A stretch of 64,000 bases of DNA from Polyangia bacterium (GCA_046351595.1 JAXLYE010000002.1:1560022-1624021), one strand, 5' to 3'; shown: positions 1 to 9,849, counted from the first letter of the stretch. Program-made: numbers and translations. The notes: generated by a model not told the origin, from the letters alone.

Positions 1-503
1 TGCAACAGCCGCACCTTCTGCGCCGAGCGCCGCCCGCAGCCCCGCGGGCCCAGGCCGCCCTCGTCGAGCACGTCGAGGAGGAACTGCGCCGTCTCGAGGA
101 TGCGGCGGTACACGTCCTTCCGCATGCGCTGCGACAGGTACAGCACCTGCACGCCCTTGCGCGCCGCGTAACACGACGGCAGCGACGCGCAGTACAGCGC
201 GATGAGGATCTGCGGCATGTAGCGCCCGAGCAGGTCGTTGCCGCGCTCGATGAGCTCGAGATCGGCCCACGGCGGCAGCTCCGCGGTCGCGGCGAAGAAG
301 CGCAGGAGGCCCGGCGGCAGCCCGGCGGGCAGGGGGTCCTCGTTGCGCTCGAGCGAGCGCAGGATCTGGTTGACGCGCTCGACCGCGCCGCCGCCGCCGT
401 CGCTCTCGAACAGCTCGCGGAGGGCGTCGTCGGCCGGCGGGTCGCCGACCTCGCGCAAGCGGGTAAGGGTGCTGTCGTCGATGGGCAGGGGCGTCGTCGG
501 CAT
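1..503 (-). CDS. DUF2236-like protein of the MpaB/rubber-oxygenase family; N-terminal part only, the 3' end runs off the window
   Basis: The reverse complement of 1-503 reads MPTTPLPIDDSTLTRLREVGDPP...ILIALYCASLPSCYAARKG...RSAQKVRLLH with GC at nearly every third position. The QxVRLLHA motif recalls DUF2236. The gene is missing from the ORF track because no stop codon lies inside the window. Confidence 0.55.
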   Translation of the reverse strand, partial: MPTTPLPIDDSTLTRLREVGDPPADDALRELFESDGGGGAVERVNQILRSLERNEDPLPAGLPPGLLRFFAATAELPPWADLELIERGNDLLGRYMPQILIALYCASLPSCYAARKGVQVLYLSQRMRKDVYRRILETAQFLLDVLDEGGLGPRGCGRRSAQKVRLL

Positions 504-780
504 GCGGCTCGGGCAGCCGCCATCGTACCCGAAGGCTGGGCGCAGGCGGGCGCTGTCGGCCGGGTCCGCTTCTGGCGCGCGCCCGAGTCCGTCGCCCCGA
601 ACCGGCCGCCGCGGGTCGCCGGCCGCCCTCCGCCCTCGCTTGCCGCCCGTTCCGCGCTCGCTCCATCGACGGGATCTGCTGGCGTCTGCGCGATCGCTTT
701 GCGATGCTGCCGCCAAGCAAGCGGAGCCTTGGATTCCGAGGCCACCACGCCCGAGGTGTCACCCTGCCAGAGGCATCCCC

Positions 781-2223
781 ATGAAAGAGCCAGCTGCCCG
801 TCGAGTCTCCCGGCCCCCGGCCCTCCGTCCCCGGCGCGCCCCCTTCACGCTGCTCGCGCTGCTCGCCTGCGCCCTCCTGCTCGGCATCGGGGCCGAGACG
901 CGGGCGCGCGCCGGCCGGTGCCCGAACCTGGTCATCGTGCTCGACGCCTCGGAGTCGATGGGCTGGGCGCCCGACGGCACGGACCCGGCGCCGCCCGGCG
1001 GCAGCCGCTGGGAGATCTCGATCAAGGCGCTCAAGGAGGTGCTGGATAACTACGGCGGCCAGATGCCGATCGGCCTGTCGGTGTTCGCCAGCGACGGGGT
1101 GTGCGAGGGCGGCAAGCTCCTCATCGCGCCCGCGTACGACACCCGCGACAAGATCAAGCAGGTGATCGACGCGACCAAGCCCGTGTCGTCGACGCCGACC
1201 TCGCCGACGATCGAGAACCTGCGCCACGAGGCGGCGCTGCGCGATCCGTCGCGGCAGCAGTACCTGCTGCTGCTCACCGACGGAGAGCCGAACTGCACGA
1301 TGGACGAGCCGAGCCTGACGTACGAGGCGCTGCGCGCGGCCCGCCTGCAGAGCCCGTCGATCAAGACGTTCGTCCTCGGCCTGGGCGCGCTGCCGGCGGC
1401 GTCGACGCTGATCATGGACAAGATGGCCGAGGCCGGCGGCACCGCGGTCACCGGCGGCGCGCACGCCTACTACACCGCCGAGGATCTGCCGTCGCTCAAG
1501 GCGGCGCTGGCCAGGATCCTGGCGGTGGTGACGGGCGAGTTCGCCAGCGCCTGCGACGACAGCTGCTACGCCGCGGACATCGGCTGCAAGGCCCCGGGCG
1601 AGACCTGCATCCGCGGCAGCTGCCGGCCAAACCCCTGCGCGGGCGTCACCTGCGACGCCGGCCAGTACTGCTACACCGACGGCGTGAGCCCGGCCCGCTG
1701 CGTGGCGGCGTGCGCGTCGGCCTGCCCCCGCTATACGCGCTGCGAGCTCGGGCGCTGCGTCGAGTCGGCGTGCCCGACGGCGTGCGCCGCCGGCCTGGTC
1801 TGCGACAACGACACCGGGCGCTGCGAGCCGGACCCGCTGTGCCCGAGCAACCCGTCGCCCCTGCAGCGGTGCCACCCGCCGTCGCTGTGCCAGCGCGGCG
1901 AGTGCGTCGACGATCCGTGCCGCTTCATAAGCTGTCCGGCCGGCACCCGCTGCCTGCCCGGCAGCGGCAGCTGCGAGTGGGCGCCGCCGGCCGCGCAGCT
2001 GGACATGGGCGCGAGCGGCAAGACCGAGGGCGAGGTCTGGCACAACGGCGGCTGCGCGGTGCCGCCGCAGGGTCCGGGCGGCGCGCGCGGCGACCTGTCA
2101 CGCCCGGGCCTGGCGGAGCAAGCGGGTCCGGTCGGTCCGGCTGGGCTGGCCGGGCTGGCCGCGCTGCTCGCATCGCTGGGGCTTTTGCTGCTGCGCCGCC
2201 CCCTGCGGTCGCTGCAGCGCTGA
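781..2223 (+). CDS. Secreted von Willebrand factor A (VWA) domain protein with Cys-rich repeats and a MYXO-CTERM-like C-terminal sorting tail
   Basis: The ATG at 781 is followed by a signal peptide, FTLLALLACALLLGIGAETRARA. The VWA core reads LVIVLDASESMGW...LLLLTDGEPNC. At least five Cys-rich modules (CxxxxCxxGxxC) follow. The C-terminus GGCAVPP...LAGLAALLASLGLLLLRRPLR has the Gly/Cys, transmembrane and Arg pattern of a MYXO-CTERM signal. The track ORF starting at 238 is an N-terminal over-extension. Confidence 0.85.
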   Translation: MKEPAARRVSRPPALRPRRAPFTLLALLACALLLGIGAETRARAGRCPNLVIVLDASESMGWAPDGTDPAPPGGSRWEISIKALKEVLDNYGGQMPIGLSVFASDGVCEGGKLLIAPAYDTRDKIKQVIDATKPVSSTPTSPTIENLRHEAALRDPSRQQYLLLLTDGEPNCTMDEPSLTYEALRAARLQSPSIKTFVLGLGALPAASTLIMDKMAEAGGTAVTGGAHAYYTAEDLPSLKAALARILAVVTGEFASACDDSCYAADIGCKAPGETCIRGSCRPNPCAGVTCDAGQYCYTDGVSPARCVAACASACPRYTRCELGRCVESACPTACAAGLVCDNDTGRCEPDPLCPSNPSPLQRCHPPSLCQRGECVDDPCRFISCPAGTRCLPGSGSCEWAPPAAQLDMGASGKTEGEVWHNGGCAVPPQGPGGARGDLSRPGLAEQAGPVGPAGLAGLAALLASLGLLLLRRPLRSLQR

Positions 2224-2341
2224 GCCTTGCGGCCTTGCGGTCCTGTGGCCTGTCGCCCTGCCGGCGCCCAGCCGCCGCGGCGCCCCCCGGCCTGAGCCCA
2301 AAGGATTGAGATCCACGAGCGTCGGCGATACTATCGCGATC

Positions 2342-2605
2342 ATGGCGCTGATCGACAAACCCGAGCGGGCCCGCCAGTTGGCCCGCGCAATCGCCTCCGA
2401 CCTCACCCTCTACCACGAGAAGGAGATCGTCGAGGGCATCGAGAACGACAACCTCTTCGACGTCATGCACGACCACATCGAGGAGGGGCGGACGCTGTTC
2501 AAGTCGCGCGTCGCGCCCGAGATCTTCGAGCTGGGCCTGTTCGATCGGGCCATCGTTGACGTGATGCTCAAGTCCAAGGGGCATGTAAAGTCCCGCATCT
2601 GGTGA
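2342..2605 (+). CDS. Small hypothetical protein
   Basis: Third codon positions are strongly GC-biased. The product reads MALIDKPERARQLARAIASDLTLYHEKEIVEG... Its stop codon overlaps the GTG start of the next gene (TGGTGA). Confidence 0.55.
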   Translation: MALIDKPERARQLARAIASDLTLYHEKEIVEGIENDNLFDVMHDHIEEGRTLFKSRVAPEIFELGLFDRAIVDVMLKSKGHVKSRIW

Positions 2606-3744
2606 CCCAAGAACCCCCCGTCCGCATCCACGAGTTCATCGTTCCCGAGTCGGCGGCCGGCCAGCGGCTGGACGTGTTCCTCGCGCAGCAGGGGCTGCCG
2701 TACTCGCGCTCGCAGCTCACCCGCCGCATCACCTGTGGCGAGGTGCGCGTCGACGGCTCCGCGACGGACCGTCCGGGCCTGCGCCTGCGCGCCGGCCAGC
2801 GCCTGCGCTTCACCCCGCCGCCGCCGCTGCCCGTCGAGGATCCGGCCGAGGACATCCCGCTCGACGTGCTGTTCGAGGACCGCCACCTCATCGTCGTGAA
2901 CAAGCCGGCGGGCCTGGTCGTGCACCCGGCGCCCGGTCACCTGCGCGGCACGCTGGTGAACGCGCTGCTGTTCCGCTGCGGGCCGCTGCCGGTGCCGCCG
3001 CCGTTTGTGCCCGGGGAGCGCGACTCGGACGAGGATCTAGACGACGAGAGCGACGACGCGGGAGAGGCAGCGGCGGAGGTCCCGGGCCTGGATCCCGGCC
3101 TGTCGATCGGCCTGTCCATTGGCGGCGAGCGCCGGCCGGGCATCGTGCACCGCCTGGACCAGGGCACCTCGGGCGTCATCGTCTGCGCCAAGGACGAGCC
3201 GACGCTGGTCGGGCTGCAGGCGCAGTTCGCGGTCCACTCGATCGCCCGCCGCTACGTCGCGCTCGTCGAGGGCGTGCTGCCCGAGCGCGGCACCTTCACG
3301 ACGCGCTACGGCCGCCACCCGCGTGACCGCAAGCGCTTCACCGCGCGATCGGGCAAAAAGCGCGCGGTCACCCACTACACCGTGCTCGAGCGGCTGGCCG
3401 GCGCGACGCTGGTCGAGGTGCAGCTGGAAACCGGGCGCACGCACCAGATCCGCGTCCACTTCAGCGAGGCCGGGCACCCCCTGCTCGGCGACCCCTTATA
3501 CGGCCGGCCGCCGCGCGCGCCCGAGGTGCGGCGGGTCGCGGCGGGCCTCAACAACCAGGCGCTGCACGCGCGGCTGCTCGGCTTCGTGCACCCGATGAGC
3601 GGCGAGCCGCTGACGTTCACCGCGCCGCCGCCGCCGGAGTTCCTGCAGGCGCTGTTGGCGCTGCGCCCGGCGCGGCCCGGGCTCGACGCGGCGACCGCGA
3701 GCGCGGGGTGCAGCGGCCGGCTGCCCTGGGAGATTCCGGCATGA
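2602..3744 (+). CDS. rluD: 23S rRNA pseudouridine synthase of the RluD/RluA family
   Basis: An S4-like N-terminus is followed by the catalytic HRLDQGTSGVIVCAKD motif and the C-terminal GRTHQIRVHF motif. The start is a GTG. Confidence 0.9.
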   Translation: MTQEPPVRIHEFIVPESAAGQRLDVFLAQQGLPYSRSQLTRRITCGEVRVDGSATDRPGLRLRAGQRLRFTPPPPLPVEDPAEDIPLDVLFEDRHLIVVNKPAGLVVHPAPGHLRGTLVNALLFRCGPLPVPPPFVPGERDSDEDLDDESDDAGEAAAEVPGLDPGLSIGLSIGGERRPGIVHRLDQGTSGVIVCAKDEPTLVGLQAQFAVHSIARRYVALVEGVLPERGTFTTRYGRHPRDRKRFTARSGKKRAVTHYTVLERLAGATLVEVQLETGRTHQIRVHFSEAGHPLLGDPLYGRPPRAPEVRRVAAGLNNQALHARLLGFVHPMSGEPLTFTAPPPPEFLQALLALRPARPGLDAATASAGCSGRLPWEIPA

Positions 3745-4628
3745 TAGACTGCCCTCGGATGCACAAGGCGCAGCCGGTTTCCGACGTGTCCGCAGGCATC
3801 CCCGGTGAGCTCCGGGGCGAGGGCCGCGGCGAGCACGCGGCTCCGGCCGGCTGGTACGAGGGGACGGCGAGCCCGCGCCTCTTGCGCTCGGCGCTGCTCA
3901 GCCGGCTCGGCGTGCGCCACGGCTTCACCACGCGCCGCGGCGGCGCCTCGCGCGGGCCCTTCGCCTCGCTGAACCTGGGCGAGAGCTGGGGCGACGAGCC
4001 GGCCGCCGTGGCCGCGAACCTGCAGCACGTCGCCGACGAGGCGGGCTTTGATCCGGCGCGGCTGTGCCAGGTCCGCCAGGTGCACGGCCGCGACGTGCTC
4101 ACGCTCACCGCGCCCGAGCGCCGGCGGCGCGAGGCCGACGGCATGGCCACGGTGTCCGAGCTGGCGCTCGGCGTGATGTCGGCGGACTGCGTGAGCCTGC
4201 TGCTCGGCGACGGCGAAGGCCGGGTCGCGGCGGCGCACGCGGGCTGGCGCGGCACCGTCTGTGGCATCGCCACCGAGGCGGTGGCCGCGCTGGTCGCGCT
4301 CGGCGCCCGCCCTTCGTCGCTGCGCGCCGCCATGGCGCCGTCCATCGGGCCGTGCTGCTTCGAGGTCCAGGCCGACGTCGCGGCGCAGTTCGCGGCGGTC
4401 GTGCCCGACTCCGTCGAGCCGCGCGGCGGCCGCACCTACGTCAACCTGTGGCGGACCAACCGCGCGCTGCTCGTGCGCGCGGGCCTTGCGCCCGAGCACA
4501 TCGAGCTCGATCCGCCGTGCACGTGCTGTGACGCCGAGCGCTTCTACTCGTACCGTCGCGACGGCGCCCGGCAAGGCGGGCCGCTGCTCGGTCAGCACCT
4601 GGCTTTCATCTGCGGAGGCAACTCGTGA
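3741..4628 (+). CDS. pgeF: Peptidoglycan editing factor PgeF, a YfiH/DUF152 laccase-domain purine-nucleoside phosphorylase family protein
   Basis: The product contains ...HGFTTRRGG...SADCVSLLL...AHAGWRGT...GPCCFEV...YSYRRDG. The start overlaps the rluD stop as ATGA. Confidence 0.9.
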   Translation: MIDCPRMHKAQPVSDVSAGIPGELRGEGRGEHAAPAGWYEGTASPRLLRSALLSRLGVRHGFTTRRGGASRGPFASLNLGESWGDEPAAVAANLQHVADEAGFDPARLCQVRQVHGRDVLTLTAPERRRREADGMATVSELALGVMSADCVSLLLGDGEGRVAAAHAGWRGTVCGIATEAVAALVALGARPSSLRAAMAPSIGPCCFEVQADVAAQFAAVVPDSVEPRGGRTYVNLWRTNRALLVRAGLAPEHIELDPPCTCCDAERFYSYRRDGARQGGPLLGQHLAFICGGNS

Positions 4629-5491
4629 CGGCAGGAAAGAAGTGGCTTGGGCTGCTCGCGCTCCAGGCCGGGCTCCTCGGCGCCGCGTACGGCGGCGGCG
4701 TCTATCAGCAGTGGCAGCAGCGCCAGGCCGCCGAGGCCAAGCTCAAGGTCGCCGACGAGAAGCTGGCCAAGGCGCAGGAAGAGGGGCGGACGGCGCTGTA
4801 CGCCAGCCGCGGCCGGGCCCTGTTCCTGGAGGCCGCGCTGGCGGTGCGCTTCGGCAACTACGCGATGGCGTTCGAGCGCTCGGTGCGGGCCAGCGCCCTC
4901 GCGAACCGGCTCGGCGTCTCGCTGGACAAGGAGATGGGCGAGCTGAACCCGCTCCTGGTGGCGCAGCGGCCCGAGGCGGTGGAGAAGCTCTTGCGCCTCG
5001 CCGACCGCATCGAGTCGCCGCCGCCGCCGCCCGACACGCCCGCGGTGGCCCACCCGCCGGCCGCCGCGCCCAAGGCCGCGGGCGTGCCGACCGCGACGCC
5101 GACGCCGGCCCCGGCCGCGGGCCTGGCCCCGGGCACGACCGCGCCGCCGGCCGCTGCACCGATCCCGAGCGCGGCCACCGGCACCGCAGCCTCGATGGGG
5201 AGCGCCGGCGCGCCCGTCGCTGCACCGCCGTCCCCGCCGGCCGCTGCCGCCGCGCCCAACCTGGCCGAGGGGCGGACCGCCCTGCTCGGGGCCAAGGAGC
5301 TCCTGATCCTGGGGGCCGAGCCGGCGCAGATCGTCAGCAAGCTGGCGCACGCGCAGGTCATGCTCGACGAGGCCGGGCGCACCGAGCTCGACGAGCCGAT
5401 CGGCGGCGCGATCAAGGCCGTGCGCGCCCGCGACGAGGCCAAGGCGCGCGCCGCGATCGACGGCGCCCTGACCCAGCTGCGCGGGCCGTAA
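4625..5491 (+). CDS. Hypothetical protein with an N-terminal membrane anchor, a coiled-coil segment and a Pro/Ala-rich low-complexity linker
   Basis: The GTG start overlaps the pgeF stop as GTGA. The N-terminus reads MTAGKKWLGLLALQAGLLGAAYG, and a long PAAAP-rich stretch follows. Codon bias is consistent with coding. Confidence 0.6.
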   Translation: MTAGKKWLGLLALQAGLLGAAYGGGVYQQWQQRQAAEAKLKVADEKLAKAQEEGRTALYASRGRALFLEAALAVRFGNYAMAFERSVRASALANRLGVSLDKEMGELNPLLVAQRPEAVEKLLRLADRIESPPPPPDTPAVAHPPAAAPKAAGVPTATPTPAPAAGLAPGTTAPPAAAPIPSAATGTAASMGSAGAPVAAPPSPPAAAAAPNLAEGRTALLGAKELLILGAEPAQIVSKLAHAQVMLDEAGRTELDEPIGGAIKAVRARDEAKARAAIDGALTQLRGP

Positions 5492-5675
5492 GGCGAGCGA
5501 CCCGACCGGCCGCGGGCGGCGCCGACGGCCAAGCGGCTGCGTGCATCCGCCGCCGTCGGGTGTCCGCGCGGCGCTCCGGGCAGGTACCGCAAGCGCCCGG
5601 GACGCCTCGGCGTGCCGGTTGGCCGGCGCGGGCCGTTCTCAGCGTGGCGATGTGCTGCTAGGCTGACGCTCGCTG

Positions 5676-6638
5676 ATGCCCAAGCGCTACGATCTTCAGC
5701 GCCGCAAGCTGCGCCGCCTGATGACGCTGGTGGCGATCTTTGCGTTCACGCCGAGCGCCCTGCTGCTCACCGTCGGTGTGCTCATCCTCGTGCTCGGGCA
5801 CGCGACGCGCGACCTGGTCTTCGGCGTGCTGACGCTGAGCCTGACCGCGACGCTGCTCGGCGGCGTGGCTGCGACCGTCCTGTACGTGCGGCGCGAGTCG
5901 AGCGTGGCGCAGCTGCAGACCGAGTTCGTCAACAAGGTCAGCCACGACCTGCGCACGCCGCTGACCTCGATCCGGCTGTTCGTCGAGACGCTGCAGGGAG
6001 GGCGGCTGCGCGACCCCGAGAAGATCCAGCAGGCGCTCGACACCATCGCCGCCGAGACCTCGCGGCTGTCGGCGATGATCGACCGGCTGCTCGGCTGGGC
6101 GCGCATGGAGGCCGGGCGCCGCGTCTACCGCCTGGAGGAGGCCTCGCCGCGGGCCGTGGTCGAGGCGGCGCTGCAGGCGTTCCGGCCGCAGCTGCTCACC
6201 GCCGACGTCAAGCTGAGCATCGAGGTCCCCGAAGAGGCCGAGCTGCCGCGGGTGCGCGTCGACCTGCCGGCCCTGCAGGAGGCGCTCTTGAACCTCTTGC
6301 AGAACGCCTTCCACTACACCGGCTCGCACAAGGTCATCGGCGTGCGCTGCTACCGCAAGGAGCGCGGCGTCGCCATCGCGATCAGCGACAACGGGCCCGG
6401 CATCCCCAAGACCGAGCACCGGCGCATCTTCGAGAAGTTCTACCGCCTGACGCGCGACGATCTGCCGCGGCAGCCGCCGGGCTCGGGGCTGGGCCTGTCG
6501 ATGGTCTACCACATCGTCAGCGCCCACGGCGGCACCGTGTCCGTCGACAGCGAGCTGGGACACGGCGCGACCTTCACGGTCACGCTGCCGAGCGCCGAGC
6601 TGAGCCGCAGCCTGCCCGCGCCGTCCGAGGGAGGATAG
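5676..6638 (+). CDS. Sensor histidine kinase with two transmembrane segments, a HisKA domain and a HATPase_c domain
   Basis: The H-box reads VSHDLRTPLTSI. The N, G1 and G2 boxes are visible (LLNLLQNAFHYT, DNGPGIP, GSGLGLS). Confidence 0.9.
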   Translation: MPKRYDLQRRKLRRLMTLVAIFAFTPSALLLTVGVLILVLGHATRDLVFGVLTLSLTATLLGGVAATVLYVRRESSVAQLQTEFVNKVSHDLRTPLTSIRLFVETLQGGRLRDPEKIQQALDTIAAETSRLSAMIDRLLGWARMEAGRRVYRLEEASPRAVVEAALQAFRPQLLTADVKLSIEVPEEAELPRVRVDLPALQEALLNLLQNAFHYTGSHKVIGVRCYRKERGVAIAISDNGPGIPKTEHRRIFEKFYRLTRDDLPRQPPGSGLGLSMVYHIVSAHGGTVSVDSELGHGATFTVTLPSAELSRSLPAPSEGG

Positions 6639-6648
6639 GAGACCCAGC

Positions 6649-7341
6649 GTGCCTGCCGAAACCATCCTTGTCGTCGAGGACGATGCCGCCATCCGGCGCG
6701 GCCTGCAGCTCAACCTGAGCCTCGAGGGCTACCGCGTGCTGTGCGCCGAGGACGGCGAGGAGGGGCGGCGCCTGGCGCTGAGCGACGCGCCGGACCTCTT
6801 GCTGATCGACCTGATGCTGCCGCTGTTGCAGGGGATCGACCTCATCCGCGAGCTGCGCCAGGCCGACGTGCAGGTGCCGTTCCTGGTGCTGTCGGCCAAG
6901 GACCAGGAGGCCGACAAGGTGCTGGCGCTGTCGATCGGCGCCGACGACTACATCACCAAGCCGTTCGGGCTGGCCGAGCTTCTGGCGCGGGTGCGGGCGG
7001 CGCTGCGGCGCGGCCGTCGCAGCCTGTGGCAGGGGGCGGCCCCGCCGCGCGCCGCGCAGGGCACGCGCATCCTCCTCGACCTCGCCGGGCGCCGCCTGCT
7101 CGTCGACGGCAACGAGGTCGAAACCACGGCCAAGGAGTTCGATCTCTTGCGCTTGTTCATCCAGCACCCCGGCCAGGTGCTGACGCGCGAGCAGATCATG
7201 GAGCGCATCTGGGGCGAGCACTTCGGTCTGCGCACCATCGACAACTTCATCGCCCGCCTGCGCAGCAAGATCGAGCTCAACCCCGACGCGCCGGTGCACC
7301 TGGAGACCGTGCGCGGCGTCGGCTACCGCTTCAAGCCGTAG
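6649..7341 (+). CDS. OmpR/PhoB-family response regulator with a receiver domain and a winged-helix DNA-binding domain
   Basis: The receiver region reads LVVEDDAAIRRGL...LLLIDLMLP, and the C-terminal winged helix reads ...LTREQIMERIWGEHF...VRGVGYRF. The gene lies immediately downstream of the kinase. Confidence 0.9.
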   Translation: MPAETILVVEDDAAIRRGLQLNLSLEGYRVLCAEDGEEGRRLALSDAPDLLLIDLMLPLLQGIDLIRELRQADVQVPFLVLSAKDQEADKVLALSIGADDYITKPFGLAELLARVRAALRRGRRSLWQGAAPPRAAQGTRILLDLAGRRLLVDGNEVETTAKEFDLLRLFIQHPGQVLTREQIMERIWGEHFGLRTIDNFIARLRSKIELNPDAPVHLETVRGVGYRFKP

Positions 7342-7574
7342 GGCCGGTCGCCGGCCCGGGCGGCGGCCCGGGGTGATCACCAGGGGCCGAGGGCGGGGTG
7401 GGCCCTGGGATGAGGATCACCCAGCGGGCAAAAAGTGGCGGCGGCAACGAAGGCCGGGGCCGTTTGCTCGTCCTACGCCGTATCCGCGCTCACTTCGGCG
7501 GGGTGCGCAGATAATGGAGAGGGGCCGCGGTCCATCCCGATCGGACCACCGCGACCCAAGGAAAGGAGCACAGC

Positions 7575-8270
7575 ATGAGGACCCTTGTTCTTTCTGCCTT
7601 GGCGCTCTCGCTGGTTGGCGTCTCCGGCTGCGGCCGGCACCGCTGCGATGGCTACAACTACCAGTGCCCGACCACGTACACGCCGACCCCGGGGCAGCCG
7701 CCGATCAGCGACCCCAACACCTTCGTGATCGACGCGGGCGCCGCGATCGAGCTGCCGCAGGCGACGCTCGGCATCACCACCAACGGCCGTGACTGGGTGC
7801 TCGCCTGGCAGGGCGACGCGTACCCGCGGCAGTTCCACGGCGCCATCACCTGCGCGGTCGGCTGCGTGATCACCGGCGCCCGCTACGACAACCCGGGGCC
7901 GGGCGACACCGCGGTGGTGACCGCCCAGAACCAGCTCCAGTTCACCGGCTACACCGACGCGATCGCGCCGCAGAACCTGGTCTTCTCGGCGACCGGCCAG
8001 CCCATGACCTTCGACCTGTACATCGAGAACACGCCGGCCGTCGGCCGCGTCGTATTCCCGTCGCAGGGCTACCTGGCCACGACCGACGCGATGCCGTTCT
8101 CGCTGATCAGCAGCAACGCCACCGCCTTCAGCAAGAAGATCGACAAGGCGCCGCAGTTCGTGCCGAAGCCGCCCGAGGACGGCCAGGCCGAGCACATCAT
8201 CACCGTTCGCGCCCCGACGCCAAAGACGGAGGCAGGTACCCAGGAGCAGGGCTCGGGCGCGGCGCAGTAG
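7575..8270 (+). CDS. Lipoprotein of unknown function
   Basis: A ribosome-binding site AAGGAAAGGAGC precedes the ATG. The signal peptide and lipobox read LALSLVGVSGC. Third codon positions are GC-biased. Confidence 0.75.
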   Translation: MRTLVLSALALSLVGVSGCGRHRCDGYNYQCPTTYTPTPGQPPISDPNTFVIDAGAAIELPQATLGITTNGRDWVLAWQGDAYPRQFHGAITCAVGCVITGARYDNPGPGDTAVVTAQNQLQFTGYTDAIAPQNLVFSATGQPMTFDLYIENTPAVGRVVFPSQGYLATTDAMPFSLISSNATAFSKKIDKAPQFVPKPPEDGQAEHIITVRAPTPKTEAGTQEQGSGAAQ

Positions 8271-9849
8271 CCGCCCCGTGCGCGCTGCGCCCAGGCAGCG
8301 CGTGCCACAGCCGCGAGATGATGATCGCCCCCAGCACCGCGAAGACCAGCGGCATCAGCGGCCAGACCTCAAACTCGGCCCCGGGCAGGCCCGCGACCTT
8401 GTAGCGGTCGAGGAGCCGCCCCATCACCTGGCTGACGATCGCGCCGGCCAGGTACTGCGCGCCGTCGAACAGCCCGGCCGCCGTCGCCACCGCCTTGCGC
8501 CCGCCGAAGTCCATCGACGCCGCGCCGCCGACCAGCGAGTGCGCGCTCTGCACGAAGAACGAGATCGCCACCAGCACCAGGCACGCGGCCCACGCCTCGC
8601 GCAAAGACGCCCGCAGCAGCAAAAGGCACAGCGCCTGACCGAGGAACGCGAAGAAGATCACCGGCGCCCGCCGCGAGCCGAACAGCCGATCCGAGGCGTT
8701 GCCCGCGGCCAGCCCGCCGAGGATCGCGGCCACCGGCATCGCGATCGAGGCGAAGAACGACGGCGCGAACGACGACAGGATCTTCACGCCGAAGACGCCG
8801 TCGAGGTAGCGCGGGTACCAGTGGTCGACGGAGTTGCGCACCATGCCGATGCACATCGACGAGAAGGCGATGAGCCACGGCTCGCGGCGCACGAACACCT
8901 TGCGCAGGACGAAGCCGAGCGTCGGCGCGGCGGCCTTTTCTTCCGGGGTCTCGTCGCCGGTGTCGATGTCCTTGAGGTTCGCCGCGGCCGGCGAGTTCTC
9001 GACGCGCGCGAACAGGACCACCCACATGACGACGAGGAACACCGCCGGGATGAAGAAGGCGTACTGCCACGGCAGGAACAAGAGCGTCATCGGCAGCAGG
9101 GTGAACGCCAGCGTGCGGCCGCCCTGGATCATGATGCCGAAGATGCCGGCGAACTTGCCGCGCTCGGAGATGCGGAACCAGGCGGCGTTGATCTTGACGA
9201 TCGAGAGCGCGCCGAACGACTGGAAGTAGTGGTTGCAGGCCCACAGCGCCGCGAACATGGCGATGGCGCTTGAGCCCTGCATGCCGCCGGCGAGCACCGC
9301 CGGAGTGATGATCTGGCCGCCGCTGCCCGTGACCGCGGGCGTGACGATCAAGAGGTGCCCGAGGCCGAACAGCAGGTTGAAGACCGCGGCGCCGGCCGCG
9401 CCGATGAGGATCGCGCGCTTGCCGCCGATGCGATCGGCGAGCGGCCCGTTGAAGAAGACCGCGCAGCCGTAGGTGAACAGGCCGGCGAAGAGCACCGAGC
9501 CGTAGTCCGAGTGGCTCCAGCCGAACTGCCCGGCGACCGCGGCCTGGACGGCGCTGAAGTTGTAGCGGCTCATGTAGAAGAAGCCGTACATCAGCCCGAG
9601 GAAGAACCAGTTCTGGAAGCGGCGCATCCGGAACTCTTGCGAGAGCGGCTCGCTGTCCGGGTGGACCTGGGGCGCCGGAGTCGGGTACTGCGGAGCCGGT
9701 GGTGCGGGGCTCGGCGGGGTGGCTGCGACCGGCGACGGGCTTGGGGCCGCCGACTTTGCGGCGGGGGAGGTCACGGGGGTCGGCGTCGCTGCAGAGGCGG
9801 ACGACGACGACGAGCGCGACCTGAGTCCGAGGCGCGGGACGGACGCCAT
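8200..9849 (-). CDS. MFS transporter of the organophosphate:Pi antiporter (GlpT/UhpT-like) family, with a Pro/Ser-rich N-terminal tail
   Basis: The product has at least 12 transmembrane helices. The WFFLGLMYGFFYMSRYNFSAV and GKFAGIFG segments are typical of the OPA family. The true start may lie internally, near MRRFQNW. Confidence 0.85.
   Translation of the reverse strand: MASVPRLGLRSRSSSSSASAATPTPVTSPAAKSAAPSPSPVAATPPSPAPPAPQYPTPAPQVHPDSEPLSQEFRMRRFQNWFFLGLMYGFFYMSRYNFSAVQAAVAGQFGWSHSDYGSVLFAGLFTYGCAVFFNGPLADRIGGKRAILIGAAGAAVFNLLFGLGHLLIVTPAVTGSGGQIITPAVLAGGMQGSSAIAMFAALWACNHYFQSFGALSIVKINAAWFRISERGKFAGIFGIMIQGGRTLAFTLLPMTLLFLPWQYAFFIPAVFLVVMWVVLFARVENSPAAANLKDIDTGDETPEEKAAAPTLGFVLRKVFVRREPWLIAFSSMCIGMVRNSVDHWYPRYLDGVFGVKILSSFAPSFFASIAMPVAAILGGLAAGNASDRLFGSRRAPVIFFAFLGQALCLLLLRASLREAWAACLVLVAISFFVQSAHSLVGGAASMDFGGRKAVATAAGLFDGAQYLAGAIVSQVMGRLLDRYKVAGLPGAEFEVWPLMPLVFAVLGAIIISRLWHALPGRSAHGAATAPRPSPAPGYLPPSLASGRER

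Noticed and set aside
238-780. N-terminal 181 codons of the 661-aa track ORF (MPRSMSSRSAHGG...)
   Set aside because: The sequence is Ser/Arg/Pro-rich with no domain. The true start with a signal peptide is the ATG at 781. The same DNA on the opposite strand encodes a well-biased DUF2236-like gene (1-503).
3375-5661. Long Arg/Ala/Gly-rich ORFs on the opposite strand or in alternative frames (3375-4598 -, 3617-4435 -, 4261-5661 +, 4592-5350 -)
   Set aside because: These are typical antisense or off-frame artefacts of a 70% GC genome. They have low complexity and no motifs, and they overlap genes that show clear family signatures (rluD, pgeF).
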